From an uncultured Alphaproteobacteria bacterium (GTDB lineage Bacteria > Pseudomonadota > Alphaproteobacteria > Rs-D84), in contig CALXLL010000001.1 in the NCBI GenBank assembly GCA_944389185.1, forward strand, positions 24,061-88,060: a stretch of DNA of 64,000 nucleotides, in the 5' to 3' direction. The notes below the pieces were generated by a model. The model was not told the origin of the DNA. It was given only the letters and a program-made list of their open reading frames with translations, and did no database searches. The position numbers were made by a program, and so were the translations under genes. Shown here piece after piece: positions 1-10,730 of the stretch (position 1 is its first letter; every line of letters starts with the position of its first letter).

Positions 1-37
1 AGCGTATAAGCGACTGATAAAAAATAAGGCGTAAGTA

Positions 38-592
38 ATGATAAAGTTTATGGGAAGTTTTGATACAGTTAAAAGTCTACCTAATACAGCTTTTGCCGAA
101 TATGCTTTTGTTGGACGTAGTAATGTAGGTAAGTCTTCTTTGATAAATGCTTTGGTCGGACAAAATGTCGCAAGAACTTCTAATACACCCGGTAGAACAC
201 AGGCTTTAAATCTTTTTAATATAGATGATAAAATCATTCTGGTAGATTTACCGGGGTATGGTTATGCCAAAACAGCCAAGACGAATGCTTTGTCGTGGCT
301 TAAAAGATTAGAGGTATATTTAACAACAAGAAGACAATTGGTGCGTCTTTTTATTTTAATAGATTCAAGAATCGGACCGAAAGATGCCGATTTAGATTTA
401 ATGGATTTTTGTGACGTTCACGCTATACCTTATCAAATAGTGTATACAAAAAAAGATAAAAAAATTCGTGAAGCCGAACAATTATTATTAAATCATCAAG
501 AACATGGTGCTATGGCAGAAGAAATAATTGAAACTTCGGCAGAAAAGAAAATAGGACTAGAAGCTTTAAGGAAAATAATTGGCATTAAATAA
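38..592 (+). CDS. engB: Ribosome biogenesis GTPase EngB/YihA/YsxC
   Basis: G1 GRSNVGKSS, TPGRT, G3 DLPGYG, G4-like TKKD; 184 aa. Confidence 0.95.
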   Translation: MIKFMGSFDTVKSLPNTAFAEYAFVGRSNVGKSSLINALVGQNVARTSNTPGRTQALNLFNIDDKIILVDLPGYGYAKTAKTNALSWLKRLEVYLTTRRQLVRLFILIDSRIGPKDADLDLMDFCDVHAIPYQIVYTKKDKKIREAEQLLLNHQEHGAMAEEIIETSAEKKIGLEALRKIIGIK

Positions 593-3098
593 TAATATTT
601 TTTATTCGACCAACCCCGCAAAAATGTTGGATGCTTTATGGCTTTTGTTGCAAAAGTCTTCTGTTCCACTGGAAAAAGTGCTGATATTTCTTCCAAGTAG
701 ACGTGCAGTCAGAAGCGTTGAAAAAATGTTGGTTCAAAAATCTGGTCACAGTGTATTATTACCAGAATTAGTTGCTTTGGGTGAAGGCTTGGAAGACGAA
801 GAAAAATATAATGATGAATCTTTGCCAGATGTAATTTCTAATATGGAAAGGACTGTCATTTTGGCTAAACTTTTATCAGCGGATTCGGGAATAGGGTCTT
901 TATCTGCTGCTTTACCGGTTGCGCGTGATTTAGTTCGTATGCATAATTATCTTGAAAACGAAGGCGTTAATATAGCTGATATTGATTGGATGGGCTTGGT
1001 AGATGAAAAATATGCAGACCATTTTCAACATAAAGCAAAATTATTAAATATACTTTCTTCCGTATTACCAAATTGTGCGAATGGAAGAATTACAGAAACT
1101 CAAAAACAAAATAAAGATATTCGTTCTTGGATTGACTTTTTAAAGTCTGATAAATGTGATAAGGATTTAATAGTCGTTTGTGGTTCTACGGCCAGCGTTC
1201 CCGCAACGGCTGATTTAATGGAATATATTGCTGGTTCTGATAAAGGTAAAATAATTTTATCTGGTAAAATATCAGGCAGAGAGCAAGATTTTATATTAAA
1301 TACTAATCCTTATAATGCAGAATATAAGTTTTTACAAAGATTGGGAATAAATCAGAAAGATGTATTACCTATTGACGTTGGAAATAGTGCAATAGATTTT
1401 TTTAACTCGGCTTTTGGAAACGATACAACGGATATACCCGAATATAGCTTGGATAATTGTAAGCTGATAGAATGTGCACGTGAAAGTGAAGAAGCTTTAA
1501 CCGTTGCAGTTATAGCAGAGGAAGCAATTAAACAAAATAAAAGCGTTCTTGTTATAACACCTGATGCAGCTGCAAATCAAAGAATTGCTAATGTTTTATC
1601 TGCACGCAATATATCCGCCGATTTTTCTGCTGGTAGACCCGGTAATATGACTTATGCGGGCAGGGCCGTTTTGAATATTTTTGACTATTGGATAGATAAT
1701 GAAAAATCTGAAGATTTTTATAAGTTATACGCACAAGAAAATTATGACTTATTTAAAACAATTTCTGTCTTGGTTGATAGTAAACAGGATTTATTAGAAC
1801 CTTTGTTTGATTTACAAGATGCCGAGTCCTTGCAAATATGGCAAGCTATTAAAAAATTATCAGACAGCTTGAACGCTGCAGAAGTTAAGTTGTCTTTGTC
1901 TGACGCAAGGGCTTTCATTGCTGATGTTATATCAACGGTTTCTATCAGGGAGGAAATGAAAGATGACGTCGATGTTGTGGTTCTGGGAACGATAGAATCA
2001 AGAATGCAAACGGCTGATGTAATTATATTGACCGGACTAAATGACGGTATGTTTCCAGCTGTTGGATATGAAAATGCTTGGTTGCCAAGAAGTATAGGCG
2101 AAAAGATAGGACTGCCGTCACCAGATAGAAAAGTATCATTGATGTCTTTGGATTTTATGAACCTGTCTTGCGGAAAAGAAGTTTATTGGTTAAGAAGTAA
2201 AGTTTCCGGTGGGGTCCAGACAATAGAATCTCGCTTTATATCAAGAGTCATGGTAAAACATGGAAATATATGTTTGGACCAAAGTTTCCTTGGTAAAGCC
2301 CGAGATTTTGATAACGTTATATCAATACCATTAGATTATAGTGCACCAAATCCTCCTGTTGATTGGTCTGATGTATATGTTACAGAGCTTGAAAAATTAA
2401 TAAACAATCCATATGCTTTTTATGTTTCACATATACTAAGATTAAAGGTTTTGGATGATTATTGGGTTATACCAGATGCAAGGAAGTTCGGTAATTTGGT
2501 TCATGAATCTATTCAAAAAGTAAAAAATAGAACACCAGAAAATCTGATTGCTGATATGGATAGGAGAGCTTTGGAAATATTAGGGAAAGATAGTGTATTA
2601 TTTTATTTCTGGCATAAAAGATTCGTAGAAATGGCGCCACTTATTTCTAATGTCATAAATCAGATACCAGAAGGGCTTTTCGAAATACAAGGTCAGGTCA
2701 ATATTAAAAAAAGAAACGTTAAAGCAAGAGCTGATTTTGTTTGGAGCGGCGGTGTAATTGATTTTAAGACAGGGGCGGCACCTAAGAAGTCTCAGCTGCA
2801 AGACGGAACTATGCCACAATTACCGCTGGAAGCATATATATTAAAGCAAGGTGGATTCCCTGTAAAACCGAAAAATCCTGCATATACACCGATAATGATG
2901 TTTCTGCAATTAAAAAATAAAAATGTTAAACCTATTGTATATGAAGATACAGAAGCCGAAAATATGATAAACGCAGCAGTGCTTGAAACTGAAAAATTAT
3001 TTGATTGGTATAGCAGCGGAAAACTTCCGTATGTATATAAAGAAACCAATGACGCCAAATATAAAAATTATGATGATTTAGCGCGAAGATTTGATTGA
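579..3098 (+). CDS. addB: Double-strand break repair protein AddB (inactive helicase fold plus C-terminal PD-(D/E)XK nuclease)
   Basis: IFLPSRRAVR, GSTASVPATA, LGTIESR, GLNDGMFP, NPYAFY, ARAD...IDFKTG, PQLPLEA; TTG start overlapping the engB end. Confidence 0.88.
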   Translation: MALNNNIFYSTNPAKMLDALWLLLQKSSVPLEKVLIFLPSRRAVRSVEKMLVQKSGHSVLLPELVALGEGLEDEEKYNDESLPDVISNMERTVILAKLLSADSGIGSLSAALPVARDLVRMHNYLENEGVNIADIDWMGLVDEKYADHFQHKAKLLNILSSVLPNCANGRITETQKQNKDIRSWIDFLKSDKCDKDLIVVCGSTASVPATADLMEYIAGSDKGKIILSGKISGREQDFILNTNPYNAEYKFLQRLGINQKDVLPIDVGNSAIDFFNSAFGNDTTDIPEYSLDNCKLIECARESEEALTVAVIAEEAIKQNKSVLVITPDAAANQRIANVLSARNISADFSAGRPGNMTYAGRAVLNIFDYWIDNEKSEDFYKLYAQENYDLFKTISVLVDSKQDLLEPLFDLQDAESLQIWQAIKKLSDSLNAAEVKLSLSDARAFIADVISTVSIREEMKDDVDVVVLGTIESRMQTADVIILTGLNDGMFPAVGYENAWLPRSIGEKIGLPSPDRKVSLMSLDFMNLSCGKEVYWLRSKVSGGVQTIESRFISRVMVKHGNICLDQSFLGKARDFDNVISIPLDYSAPNPPVDWSDVYVTELEKLINNPYAFYVSHILRLKVLDDYWVIPDARKFGNLVHESIQKVKNRTPENLIADMDRRALEILGKDSVLFYFWHKRFVEMAPLISNVINQIPEGLFEIQGQVNIKKRNVKARADFVWSGGVIDFKTGAAPKKSQLQDGTMPQLPLEAYILKQGGFPVKPKNPAYTPIMMFLQLKNKNVKPIVYEDTEAENMINAAVLETEKLFDWYSSGKLPYVYKETNDAKYKNYDDLARRFD

Positions 3099-3101
3099 TT
3101 C

Positions 3102-3872
3102 TTATATTATACTTATCATCAAGCCACAATGGTCTGTAGGTTTTTCTGCAAGTCTTGGATCTATATCTATTTCTGAACCTCTTATTATGTCCATTGCCTT
3201 CTTATTAGCTAAGAAATAATCAAGACGCAAACCTTGACGATTACCAACTGTATCACGACCACGATAACCATACCAAGTATAGTCTATGTCTGTCGGATGA
3301 AAATGCCGCCATACGTCAACCCATCCCATGTCTAACCATTCTTGCATTATTTCACGAGCGGCCGGTGCAGATATACTGCTTCCTTCATAGTTTTTAGGTT
3401 TCCATATATCTTTATCTTGAAGCGCTACATTAAAGTCACCGCCGATTATCACAGATTCTTGGGCGTTAATATATTGCGATATATATTTTGTAAAAGCATT
3501 CATCCAGTTAAGTTTATAAGGAAACTTTGGTGAATCTATGGCTTCACCGTTTGGCATGTATACGTTTATAAGTCTTATTCTGCCGTCAATGACACAATTT
3601 ATAAGTCTTGCGTTTGTGTCCGGAAAATCGGGCATACCGAAACTGACGTCTTCAATAGAGTTTTTTGAAAAAACGGCAACGCCATTCCAGCTTTTTTGCC
3701 CGAATACTTTTATATTATATCCAAACTCGTCAAATAGCATATGTGGAAAATTAGCGTTTTCTACTTTAAGTTCTTGCACAAGAATTGTGTCATATTCGCC
3801 GGAACGTAAAATATCCATAAAACTTTCTATGTGCGCGCGGATAGAGTTTATATTTAATGTAAGTATTTTCAT
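3102..3872 (-). CDS. xth: Exodeoxyribonuclease III
   Basis: Likely start MKILTLNINSIR at 3872; QELK, WNGVA, YMPNG, GDFNVA, YTW, GLRLDY, TDHC. Confidence 0.95.
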   Translation of the reverse strand: MKILTLNINSIRAHIESFMDILRSGEYDTILVQELKVENANFPHMLFDEFGYNIKVFGQKSWNGVAVFSKNSIEDVSFGMPDFPDTNARLINCVIDGRIRLINVYMPNGEAIDSPKFPYKLNWMNAFTKYISQYINAQESVIIGGDFNVALQDKDIWKPKNYEGSSISAPAAREIMQEWLDMGWVDVWRHFHPTDIDYTWYGYRGRDTVGNRQGLRLDYFLANKKAMDIIRGSEIDIDPRLAEKPTDHCGLMISII

Positions 3873-3941
3873 ATTTGCAATCTCTTTTTGTATAAGTATA
3901 ATAATGGTTGTCCAATATAAAAACAACAAGGAATTTTTATT

Positions 3942-5522
3942 ATGAATATGTATCAGTTGCTGGAAAGAGCAGCAAATACATGGCCAGATAATTTATTCTT
4001 GGTCCGTGAAAATGTCACTTTTTCCGCTTTCATAGATTTGGTCAAAGCGCGTGCTGCGTCTTTGCATAAAGCTGGCGTTAAACAAGGTGACGTAGTTGGT
4101 ATTTTGGCTCATAATATACCGACTTTTCCAATAACTTTGTTCGCCGTTTGGTATCTTGGTGGTAAAGCTTTATTGCTGGACACTAATCTGACACCTTTTG
4201 AATATGATAATATGACAAAAACAACAGATTGCCATATTGTTTGTGCAGAAAAATCTTTCTTTTATAAAACTAAAAACTTTAAGTTTTATGACATTAATTC
4301 AAAAGATAAAGAAATAGATAAAAAACTGCAACCGGCAAAGGTTGAATCCTTAGATGTTGCAACGTTATCTTTTACGTCAGGTTCTACGGGAACACCTAAG
4401 GTTGTGCCTTTAACTCATTTTAATTTGATAGAATGCTCGAATTCTTTGGAAGATATGCATGAATGGATAAAACCTGGATTTATTATGTATGGCTTTTTGC
4501 CTATGTATCATATCTTTGGTTTCGCTGTTGAACTGCTGGCAACTTTGCATTACGGGGCAGGCGTTTTATTACAACCAACCGTTAATCCAAAAGAAATATT
4601 GGCAGACTTTCAGACTTATCGCCCGCATGTAATACCTGCCGTTCCAAGACTTTGGGAAGTTTTTCGTAATAAAATAATCGATAATATTAAAGCTCAGAAA
4701 AAATGGTGGCTGGCTTCGCTTGTCTTGAAGTATGGTAAGTTGTTAAAGAAAATAGGTTTAGGTGCACTTGTTCGCAAAGTCCAAGAACCTGTTTTGGCCG
4801 TTTTTGGTGGAAGGGCTAAACTTTTAATCGCCGGCGGTGCTGCAACTAAACCAGAAGTTGAAACTTTTTATGAACGGTTGGGTTTAACTTTTATACAAGG
4901 CTATGGTATGACAGAAACTGTCGGACCTATTTGTATATCTAAACCTACAAAAAAACGTTTTCCATTTGCTTTTGGTGGACCGACTACAAACAATGAATGC
5001 GAAATTCGCGATAAAAACGAAGACGGCGTCGGCGTCCTTTGGTTGCGTGGTCACCAGGTTTTTAGCGGTTATTTAAACAATACGGCTGCTAATGAAGAAG
5101 CTTTTGATGAACGTGGGTTCTTTAATACTGGTGATATGGTAAGTATGGACAAAAATGGTGAGCTGCATTTTGCCGGTCGTAAAAAGCAAGTTATCGTTTT
5201 AGATTCAGGAAAGAATGTTTACCCAGACGAATTAGAAGGGTTGTTCATAACAATACCAGGCGTAAAGAATGTCGCGGTGTTCGAACATAAAGTTAAAAAT
5301 AAAACCGTTGCTTATGGCGTATTCAGTGTTGAACCAAGTATGACTTTGGAAAAATTAAGCGCTGCAATCGCACAAACAAATAAAAAAGTAGCTTCTTATA
5401 AGTGGGTAACGCATTTTGCCATGACAACAGATGATTTACCGATGACAAGTACTCAGAAAGTAAAACATCATGTCGTTCGTCAGAACCTGATAGATGGTAA
5501 ATATCCAATTAGAAAAGAATAA
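3942..5522 (+). CDS. AMP-dependent ligase, long-chain fatty acid--CoA ligase-like
   Basis: FTSGSTGTPK, LPMYHIFG, QGYGMTE, FNTGD, GRKK, SGKNVYP, TQKVK. Confidence 0.88.
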   Translation: MNMYQLLERAANTWPDNLFLVRENVTFSAFIDLVKARAASLHKAGVKQGDVVGILAHNIPTFPITLFAVWYLGGKALLLDTNLTPFEYDNMTKTTDCHIVCAEKSFFYKTKNFKFYDINSKDKEIDKKLQPAKVESLDVATLSFTSGSTGTPKVVPLTHFNLIECSNSLEDMHEWIKPGFIMYGFLPMYHIFGFAVELLATLHYGAGVLLQPTVNPKEILADFQTYRPHVIPAVPRLWEVFRNKIIDNIKAQKKWWLASLVLKYGKLLKKIGLGALVRKVQEPVLAVFGGRAKLLIAGGAATKPEVETFYERLGLTFIQGYGMTETVGPICISKPTKKRFPFAFGGPTTNNECEIRDKNEDGVGVLWLRGHQVFSGYLNNTAANEEAFDERGFFNTGDMVSMDKNGELHFAGRKKQVIVLDSGKNVYPDELEGLFITIPGVKNVAVFEHKVKNKTVAYGVFSVEPSMTLEKLSAAIAQTNKKVASYKWVTHFAMTTDDLPMTSTQKVKHHVVRQNLIDGKYPIRKE

Positions 5523-5550
5523 AAAAAAGCCGGTATTACCGGCTTTTTTT
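5521..5550. terminator. Bidirectional intrinsic terminator
   Basis: A-tract GCCGGTA/TACCGGC T-tract between convergent genes. Confidence 0.85.
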
Positions 5551-6853
5551 ATTTGCCCAGACATAACTGAGAAAAGGTTGCGTCCATTACTTCCGCAGTC
5601 GTTATCGTCCCCAGTATTTTACCTATGGCATCAGACGCCATTCTTACATGTTCGGATAGAATATCGTAGTTATCATTAAAATTATTAATTGCTGCTTTTA
5701 GTTCGTTCTTTGCATCTGTAAGTAAAGATTTCGTTCGCTCGTTAATAGACAAATACGATTCACAATTGTCCAGATTTTTGTGTATTTGTGATTTTATTGC
5801 AAACGTCAATTCTTCTATACCTTTCCCGGTTTTAGCAGAAATATAAAAAGCGTCTTTTATATCTCTGTCGTCAGATAAGTCTGACTTATTTATAACAATT
5901 AAACTTTTATCTGATTTTAATATTTTTTTTGGAAGTTTATCTGCGCTGTATACTTGTAAAATTAAGTCAGCATTTTCCATTTCTGCTTTGGTTCTTTCTA
6001 TTCCTATTTGTTCAACCGTATTTTTACTTGATCTTATGCCAGCAGTGTCGGATATGTTTACAAGATAGCCATCTATATCAAGTTGGTGTGATACTACATC
6101 GCGGGTTGTGCCTGGTATGTCCGAAACGATAGCGCGTGCCGAACCAACCAGACGATTAAATAAAGAAGATTTTCCAACGTTAGTTTTCCCAATCAAAGCT
6201 ATATTAAAACCACTGCGGATAGATCTAACCGCTGCATAGCGAGATAATGCAGTTTCTATTTCTTTATATAAACGTTTCGTTGCGTTTAATGTTTTTTCGC
6301 CTATGTTTGCGGGAAGCTCATCTTCTGCATAGTCAAGCATAGCTGCAGCATACGCAGATATTTCTATCATTTTGCTTCGCCAATTTTCATAGACTTTACT
6401 GTCTTGACCAATCATAGACTTTAAGGCATTTTTTCGTTGTGCGTCTGTCTGGGCATCCAGTAATGCTGCTAAGCCATCTATATCTGCAAGGTCCATTTTG
6501 TTGTTATAAAAAGCCTTTCTGGAAAACTCGCCAGGTGTTGCCATGCGAAAACCAAGTTGTTTCAAATAGGAAAATATTTTTTCAATTACAGCGGGTGCAC
6601 CATGACTGTGAATTTCTATTACGTCTTCACCAGTGAAAGAGTGGGGCGATTCAAAATAAACTGCGACAACTTGGTCTATTAAATCGTTTTCTGAATCTTT
6701 TAAGTTTATAAAGTAAGCATGACGTGGTTTAAGTGTTTTATTATTTATAAACTTTAAAAAAGTATCTTTTAGTTTTGCGCCACTTATTCTGATTACTGCA
6801 ACACCGGATTTTCCATGTCCGCTGGACAGAGCAAATATTGTTTCTTTATTCAT
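5549..6853 (-). CDS. mnmE: tRNA modification GTPase MnmE
   Basis: ETIFALSSG, SFTGEDVIEIHSHG, GEFSRKAF, GKTNVGKSS, GTTRD, DTAG, NKSD, C-terminal CLGK. Confidence 0.97.
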   Translation of the reverse strand: MNKETIFALSSGHGKSGVAVIRISGAKLKDTFLKFINNKTLKPRHAYFINLKDSENDLIDQVVAVYFESPHSFTGEDVIEIHSHGAPAVIEKIFSYLKQLGFRMATPGEFSRKAFYNNKMDLADIDGLAALLDAQTDAQRKNALKSMIGQDSKVYENWRSKMIEISAYAAAMLDYAEDELPANIGEKTLNATKRLYKEIETALSRYAAVRSIRSGFNIALIGKTNVGKSSLFNRLVGSARAIVSDIPGTTRDVVSHQLDIDGYLVNISDTAGIRSSKNTVEQIGIERTKAEMENADLILQVYSADKLPKKILKSDKSLIVINKSDLSDDRDIKDAFYISAKTGKGIEELTFAIKSQIHKNLDNCESYLSINERTKSLLTDAKNELKAAINNFNDNYDILSEHVRMASDAIGKILGTITTAEVMDATFSQLCLGK

Positions 6854-7431
6854 TATTTATTTCCACTTATTTCTTTTAATGCAATTGGAACCAGCTTGGC
6901 AACGTCTGCTGATGGGTTTTCTGATACCAATTTTTGTGCCATGTCAACTATGTCTAATCTTCTGTATCCCAACGATTCAAGCGCAGACAGCAAATCTGAT
7001 AATACAGAAGTTGCACCATGTGACGTATCAAAATCAAAAGACGTGCCACCAACTTTGTTCTTTAATTCTACTATTATTTTTTCAGCCATCTTTTTACCAA
7101 CACCAGGTGCCGTAGATATAGTTTTAGCGTCACCAGTTGCAATTGCCGACATAAGAGTGTCAGATTTAATAGATCTTAAAATAGATAAAGCCACTTTTGG
7201 TCCAACACCAGATACGCCGGTTAACATATTAAACAGATTTTGACTGGATGTATTTTGAAAACCGAAAAGCCTTATAGAATCTTCACGCACTATCGTTTCT
7301 ACCCAAAGTGATACCGTTGATTTAGGTGTCAGATATTCCGGTGTATAGACTTTGTATCCAACCCCACCACACATTATAATTACAAAATCATCGCTTATAT
7401 AATCAACTTGCCCTTGCAATTTACCAATCAT
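6853..7431 (-). CDS. ruvA: Holliday junction branch migration protein RuvA
   Basis: MIGKLQG, GGVGYKV, VREDSIRLFGF, HhH GVGPKVAL and PGVGKKMA. Confidence 0.96.
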   Translation of the reverse strand: MIGKLQGQVDYISDDFVIIMCGGVGYKVYTPEYLTPKSTVSLWVETIVREDSIRLFGFQNTSSQNLFNMLTGVSGVGPKVALSILRSIKSDTLMSAIATGDAKTISTAPGVGKKMAEKIIVELKNKVGGTSFDFDTSHGATSVLSDLLSALESLGYRRLDIVDMAQKLVSENPSADVAKLVPIALKEISGNK

Positions 7432-7482
7432 TTGTTATCCTTTTGTGGTAATTATAATCAAATAAAATCAAAAGGTCAAAAT

Positions 7483-8199
7483 ATGAGTGGACATAGTAAA
7501 TGGCATAATATTCAACATAAAAAAGGGGCAGTAGACGCCGCACGTAGCGGTTTGTTCACTAAACTTGCCCGCGAAATTACAATGGCGGCAAAGCTGGGTG
7601 ATAAAAACCCTGATAATAACCCAAGATTACGTTTGGCTGTTTTAACAGCTAGAAAAAACTCTATGCCGAACGACAATATCAAGCGCGCTATTGAAAAAGC
7701 TTCTGGTTCTAATACAGAAAATTACGAATCTGTTAGATATGAAGGATACGGACCTGGTGCCGTTCCCGTAATTGTAGAGGCTTTGACAGATAATCCACGT
7801 AGAACCGTTCCAGAAATTAGAAATATTTTTGCTAAAAACGGCGGTAATATGGGTGAAGAAGGATCTGTTGTATTTATGTTTACACGTGCCGGACAAATCT
7901 TTTACCCGGCTTCTATCGGTAAAACAGAAGATGAAATGATGGAAATCGTGATGGATGTTAATGCAGATAATTTGGAAACTTCTGATGAAGGTTTTATTAT
8001 AACAACAAAACCAGATGATTTCATAAACGTTCAAAAAGCTTTAAACGATAAGTTAGGTGAACCAGAAAGTGCAGAACTTACGTGGTTACCGAATATGCCT
8101 ATGGATTTAGATGATGAAACTTATGCTAAACTGGAAAAATTAGTGGATGCTTTGGACGATAATGATGATGTTCAGAAAGTGTTTACTGCTGCTGCATAA
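7483..8199 (+). CDS. yebC: YebC/PmpR family protein
   Basis: Likely start MSGHSKWHNIQHKK at 7483; NPRLR, RYEGYGP, TDN, DDVQ. Confidence 0.96.
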   Translation: MSGHSKWHNIQHKKGAVDAARSGLFTKLAREITMAAKLGDKNPDNNPRLRLAVLTARKNSMPNDNIKRAIEKASGSNTENYESVRYEGYGPGAVPVIVEALTDNPRRTVPEIRNIFAKNGGNMGEEGSVVFMFTRAGQIFYPASIGKTEDEMMEIVMDVNADNLETSDEGFIITTKPDDFINVQKALNDKLGEPESAELTWLPNMPMDLDDETYAKLEKLVDALDDNDDVQKVFTAAA

Positions 8200-8215
8200 A
8201 TGTATTATAATATAT

Positions 8216-8244
8216 AAAAATCCCCTTTGTTTAGGGGATTTTTT
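8216..8244. terminator. Bidirectional intrinsic terminator
   Basis: AAAAATCCCCT...AGGGGATTTTTT between convergent yebC and ruvC. Confidence 0.85.
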
Positions 8245-8722
8245 ATATAAACTTTGACATGTTTGTGTGGGCAAGTGCAATTGCTATTGCGTCACTTTCG
8301 TCCGCAGTTTTTGGCTTGGCTGCCGGTAATAATATTTTTAACATTTTATATATTTGTTCTTTGTCTGCATGACCTGCACCAGTTAGTGCTTTTTTTATCT
8401 TATTCGGTTCGTATTCGTATATTGGAATATTATGGGTAGATACAGCAACTATGGCTGCAGCGCGTGCATGACCAAGTATTAAAGTCGTTTTCGGATTCAT
8501 ATTTACGAAAGTTATTTCTATACTGCATTCGTCTGGTAAAAATGTTTCACAGAGTTTGGAAACTTCTTGAAAAATTATTGATAATCTTTCAGGTAAGGGC
8601 AGGTTAGTTTTCGGTAAAATTACACCGCTGGCGATATATTTTCTTTCGCTGCCTAAAGATTCTATTACTGCCCAACCTGTATGTAATAATCCTGGGTCTA
8701 TACCAAGAACTCTTTTTACCAT
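8243..8722 (-). CDS. ruvC: Holliday junction resolvase RuvC
   Basis: LGIDPG, SIE, LGHARA, IKKALTGAGHADKEQI, DESDAIAIALAH. Confidence 0.97.
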   Translation of the reverse strand: MVKRVLGIDPGLLHTGWAVIESLGSERKYIASGVILPKTNLPLPERLSIIFQEVSKLCETFLPDECSIEITFVNMNPKTTLILGHARAAAIVAVSTHNIPIYEYEPNKIKKALTGAGHADKEQIYKMLKILLPAAKPKTADESDAIAIALAHTNMSKFI

Positions 8723-8726
8723 TTGT

Positions 8727-9056
8727 TTATTTCCTGAAACTTATTTTTTCTACTGCATCGTAACCAAAGTATTTATTTATTTTTTGTTTAATTTCTTCAG
8801 TCATGTATGACAATTCCAACGTTAATGCAGGATTCGTCGGTCTAAGCGTTATATTGAATTTTTTATTTCGCGTCTTTTTTATTGCTGCTAGTTTTGCAAT
8901 AGAAGATATATTATTCCCCATAATTTCTTCCCATCTTGCACTAAGGTCTGAATCTGAAGCACGAATGCCAAAGATTTTAAGTAACCCACCAACAGCCCCT
9001 GCAAGAGTCTGAGGCCTGGAATATCTGTTTGATATTTTATTTGCTTGGTTTGACAT
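8727..9056 (-). CDS. DUF721/DciA-like protein
   Basis: RWEEIMG, LELSY, IKQKINKYFGYDAVEKISF resemble alphaproteobacterial DUF721 proteins. Confidence 0.75.
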   Translation of the reverse strand: MSNQANKISNRYSRPQTLAGAVGGLLKIFGIRASDSDLSARWEEIMGNNISSIAKLAAIKKTRNKKFNITLRPTNPALTLELSYMTEEIKQKINKYFGYDAVEKISFRK

Positions 9057-10140
9057 AACTGTATTCTTTCGGCATCAATATAAACATTTGACCTTGTGCG
9101 TGTTGCCCGTGCGCAAACTTGTATGCTTCGTCACCTTTACCAAAGAATATGTCTGCACGTATCCAACCCTTTATAGCGCTGCCCGTATCTTGGGCTATCA
9201 TAAGTCTGCGGAACCTACGCCCGTCAGATAAGTTAGTGTCTATATATACAGGTAATCCCAAAGTATATATATCATCGTCCATAGCTATACTACGAATCTT
9301 TGATAAAGGCGTTCCCAATTTTCCTATAACATCAGGTGGAACAGACTCGTAAAAATATACGTATCTTGGATTCTTATATATAACGTCTTTTGCCAAAGCT
9401 GGGTTTTGCTTTAAGTGCTTCCAAACCGCATCCGCAGAATATCCACCAGCAGGTCTTATACCGCGACTTCTTAATTCTTCACCAATTGATTTAAATGGCA
9501 TATCGTTTACGGCCGCAAAATTAAGCTTAACTAGTTTGCCGTCTTCCAGTTGCAACATACCACTGCCTTGTATTTGTATGTTCTGAACGTCTACTATGTT
9601 TGCCCAGTATAGAACGCGACCAATTCGATTGTTAACAATAGTTTTTTTGTCTACGCCTTTATAGTTTCGGCCATCTGTCGGAACCCCCATTAATGGTTCG
9701 TTACATTCTGCCGTTTGCGTTCTGCATGCCGGAATTATAGGAGAATAATATCCTGTATAAGTTCCCTTTGTCCCGCCGTTTTCGTTATAAACTTGGTATG
9801 GTTGAAAGTTTGATTCAAACCATGCCCGTATCGTTGCAACGTCTGCGCTGGCACTGGGCAGCATTCTGCACTTTTCTTCCAATAAAGCCCTGTCTGGTAT
9901 CACGCGACCTGAATATTGAATCTTTGCTTTACAAGTATTTCTGAAAGCCTGTAAAGCATAACGAACATCGTCGTCTTTCCAGCCGGGTAAGTCTGAATAA
10001 GATACTTTTTTTAAATTTGATGGAATTACTGAATCGTCACCACGATGTGTCGGCGTTGATAAATCGCAAGATGACAATATGAATGCACAAAATATAGATA
10101 TAAATAATTTTATAAATATGTTTTTAGAAAAATATCTCAT
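9037..10140 (-). CDS. mltA: Membrane-bound lytic murein transglycosylase MltA (lipoprotein)
   Basis: Lipobox LSSC, TGYYSP, QIQGSG, NPRYVYF, 3D domain AQDTGSAIKG..RADIFFG; start probably 10140. Confidence 0.93.
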   Translation of the reverse strand: MRYFSKNIFIKLFISIFCAFILSSCDLSTPTHRGDDSVIPSNLKKVSYSDLPGWKDDDVRYALQAFRNTCKAKIQYSGRVIPDRALLEEKCRMLPSASADVATIRAWFESNFQPYQVYNENGGTKGTYTGYYSPIIPACRTQTAECNEPLMGVPTDGRNYKGVDKKTIVNNRIGRVLYWANIVDVQNIQIQGSGMLQLEDGKLVKLNFAAVNDMPFKSIGEELRSRGIRPAGGYSADAVWKHLKQNPALAKDVIYKNPRYVYFYESVPPDVIGKLGTPLSKIRSIAMDDDIYTLGLPVYIDTNLSDGRRFRRLMIAQDTGSAIKGWIRADIFFGKGDEAYKFAHGQHAQGQMFILMPKEYSYVKPSK

Positions 10141-10222
10141 TTTTCTTGGCTCCCCCACTTGTAAAATCTTTTTATAATGCTATATTACCATAAAATGATG
10201 CGGAAAAAAAGGAGCAAAAGCA

Positions 10223-10651
10223 ATGGCAAAATTTAACATCATTTCTCAATTCTTGAAAGATATATCTTTTGAAAGTCCAAATGTCCCAGAATTGTTCTTT
10301 AAAAAAGAAAATACTCAGGCTAAAATTGAAATCAATATAGATATTCAAATCAAGGGTGCAGAAAATAATTTGTTTATGGTGGATTTAATCACAAAAGTTC
10401 ATTCTAAATTGGATGAAGGTGATAAAACTATATTTTTAATTGAATCTACTTATTCTGGGCTTGTTCAAATGGAAGAGGAAAAAGACGAAGAAGTTAAAAA
10501 ACGCACTTTGTTAATTGATGTACCAACCATGTTGTTCCCAGCCGTTCGTGCTTTGGTTACGCGCTTGACAGCAGAATCTGGTTTCCCAGCATTTACTATG
10601 CAGCAAGTAGATTTTGCTCGTTTATATGAACAAAAGAACGCAAAAAAATAA
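10223..10651 (+). CDS. secB: Protein export chaperone SecB
   Basis: QFLKDISFESPN, PTMLFP, GFP, VDFARLY. Confidence 0.93.
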   Translation: MAKFNIISQFLKDISFESPNVPELFFKKENTQAKIEINIDIQIKGAENNLFMVDLITKVHSKLDEGDKTIFLIESTYSGLVQMEEEKDEEVKKRTLLIDVPTMLFPAVRALVTRLTAESGFPAFTMQQVDFARLYEQKNAKK

Positions 10652-10670
10652 GTTTTAGTTTTTTTATGTT

Positions 10671-10697
10671 GCCCCGCTTTTTTGCGGGGCTTTTTTA
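10671..10697 (+). terminator. Intrinsic terminator after secB
   Basis: GCCCCGC-TTTTTT-GCGGGGC followed by T6. Confidence 0.85.
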
Positions 10698-10730
10698 TGA
10701 TACAATATATATACTTATGTAGGAAAGTAT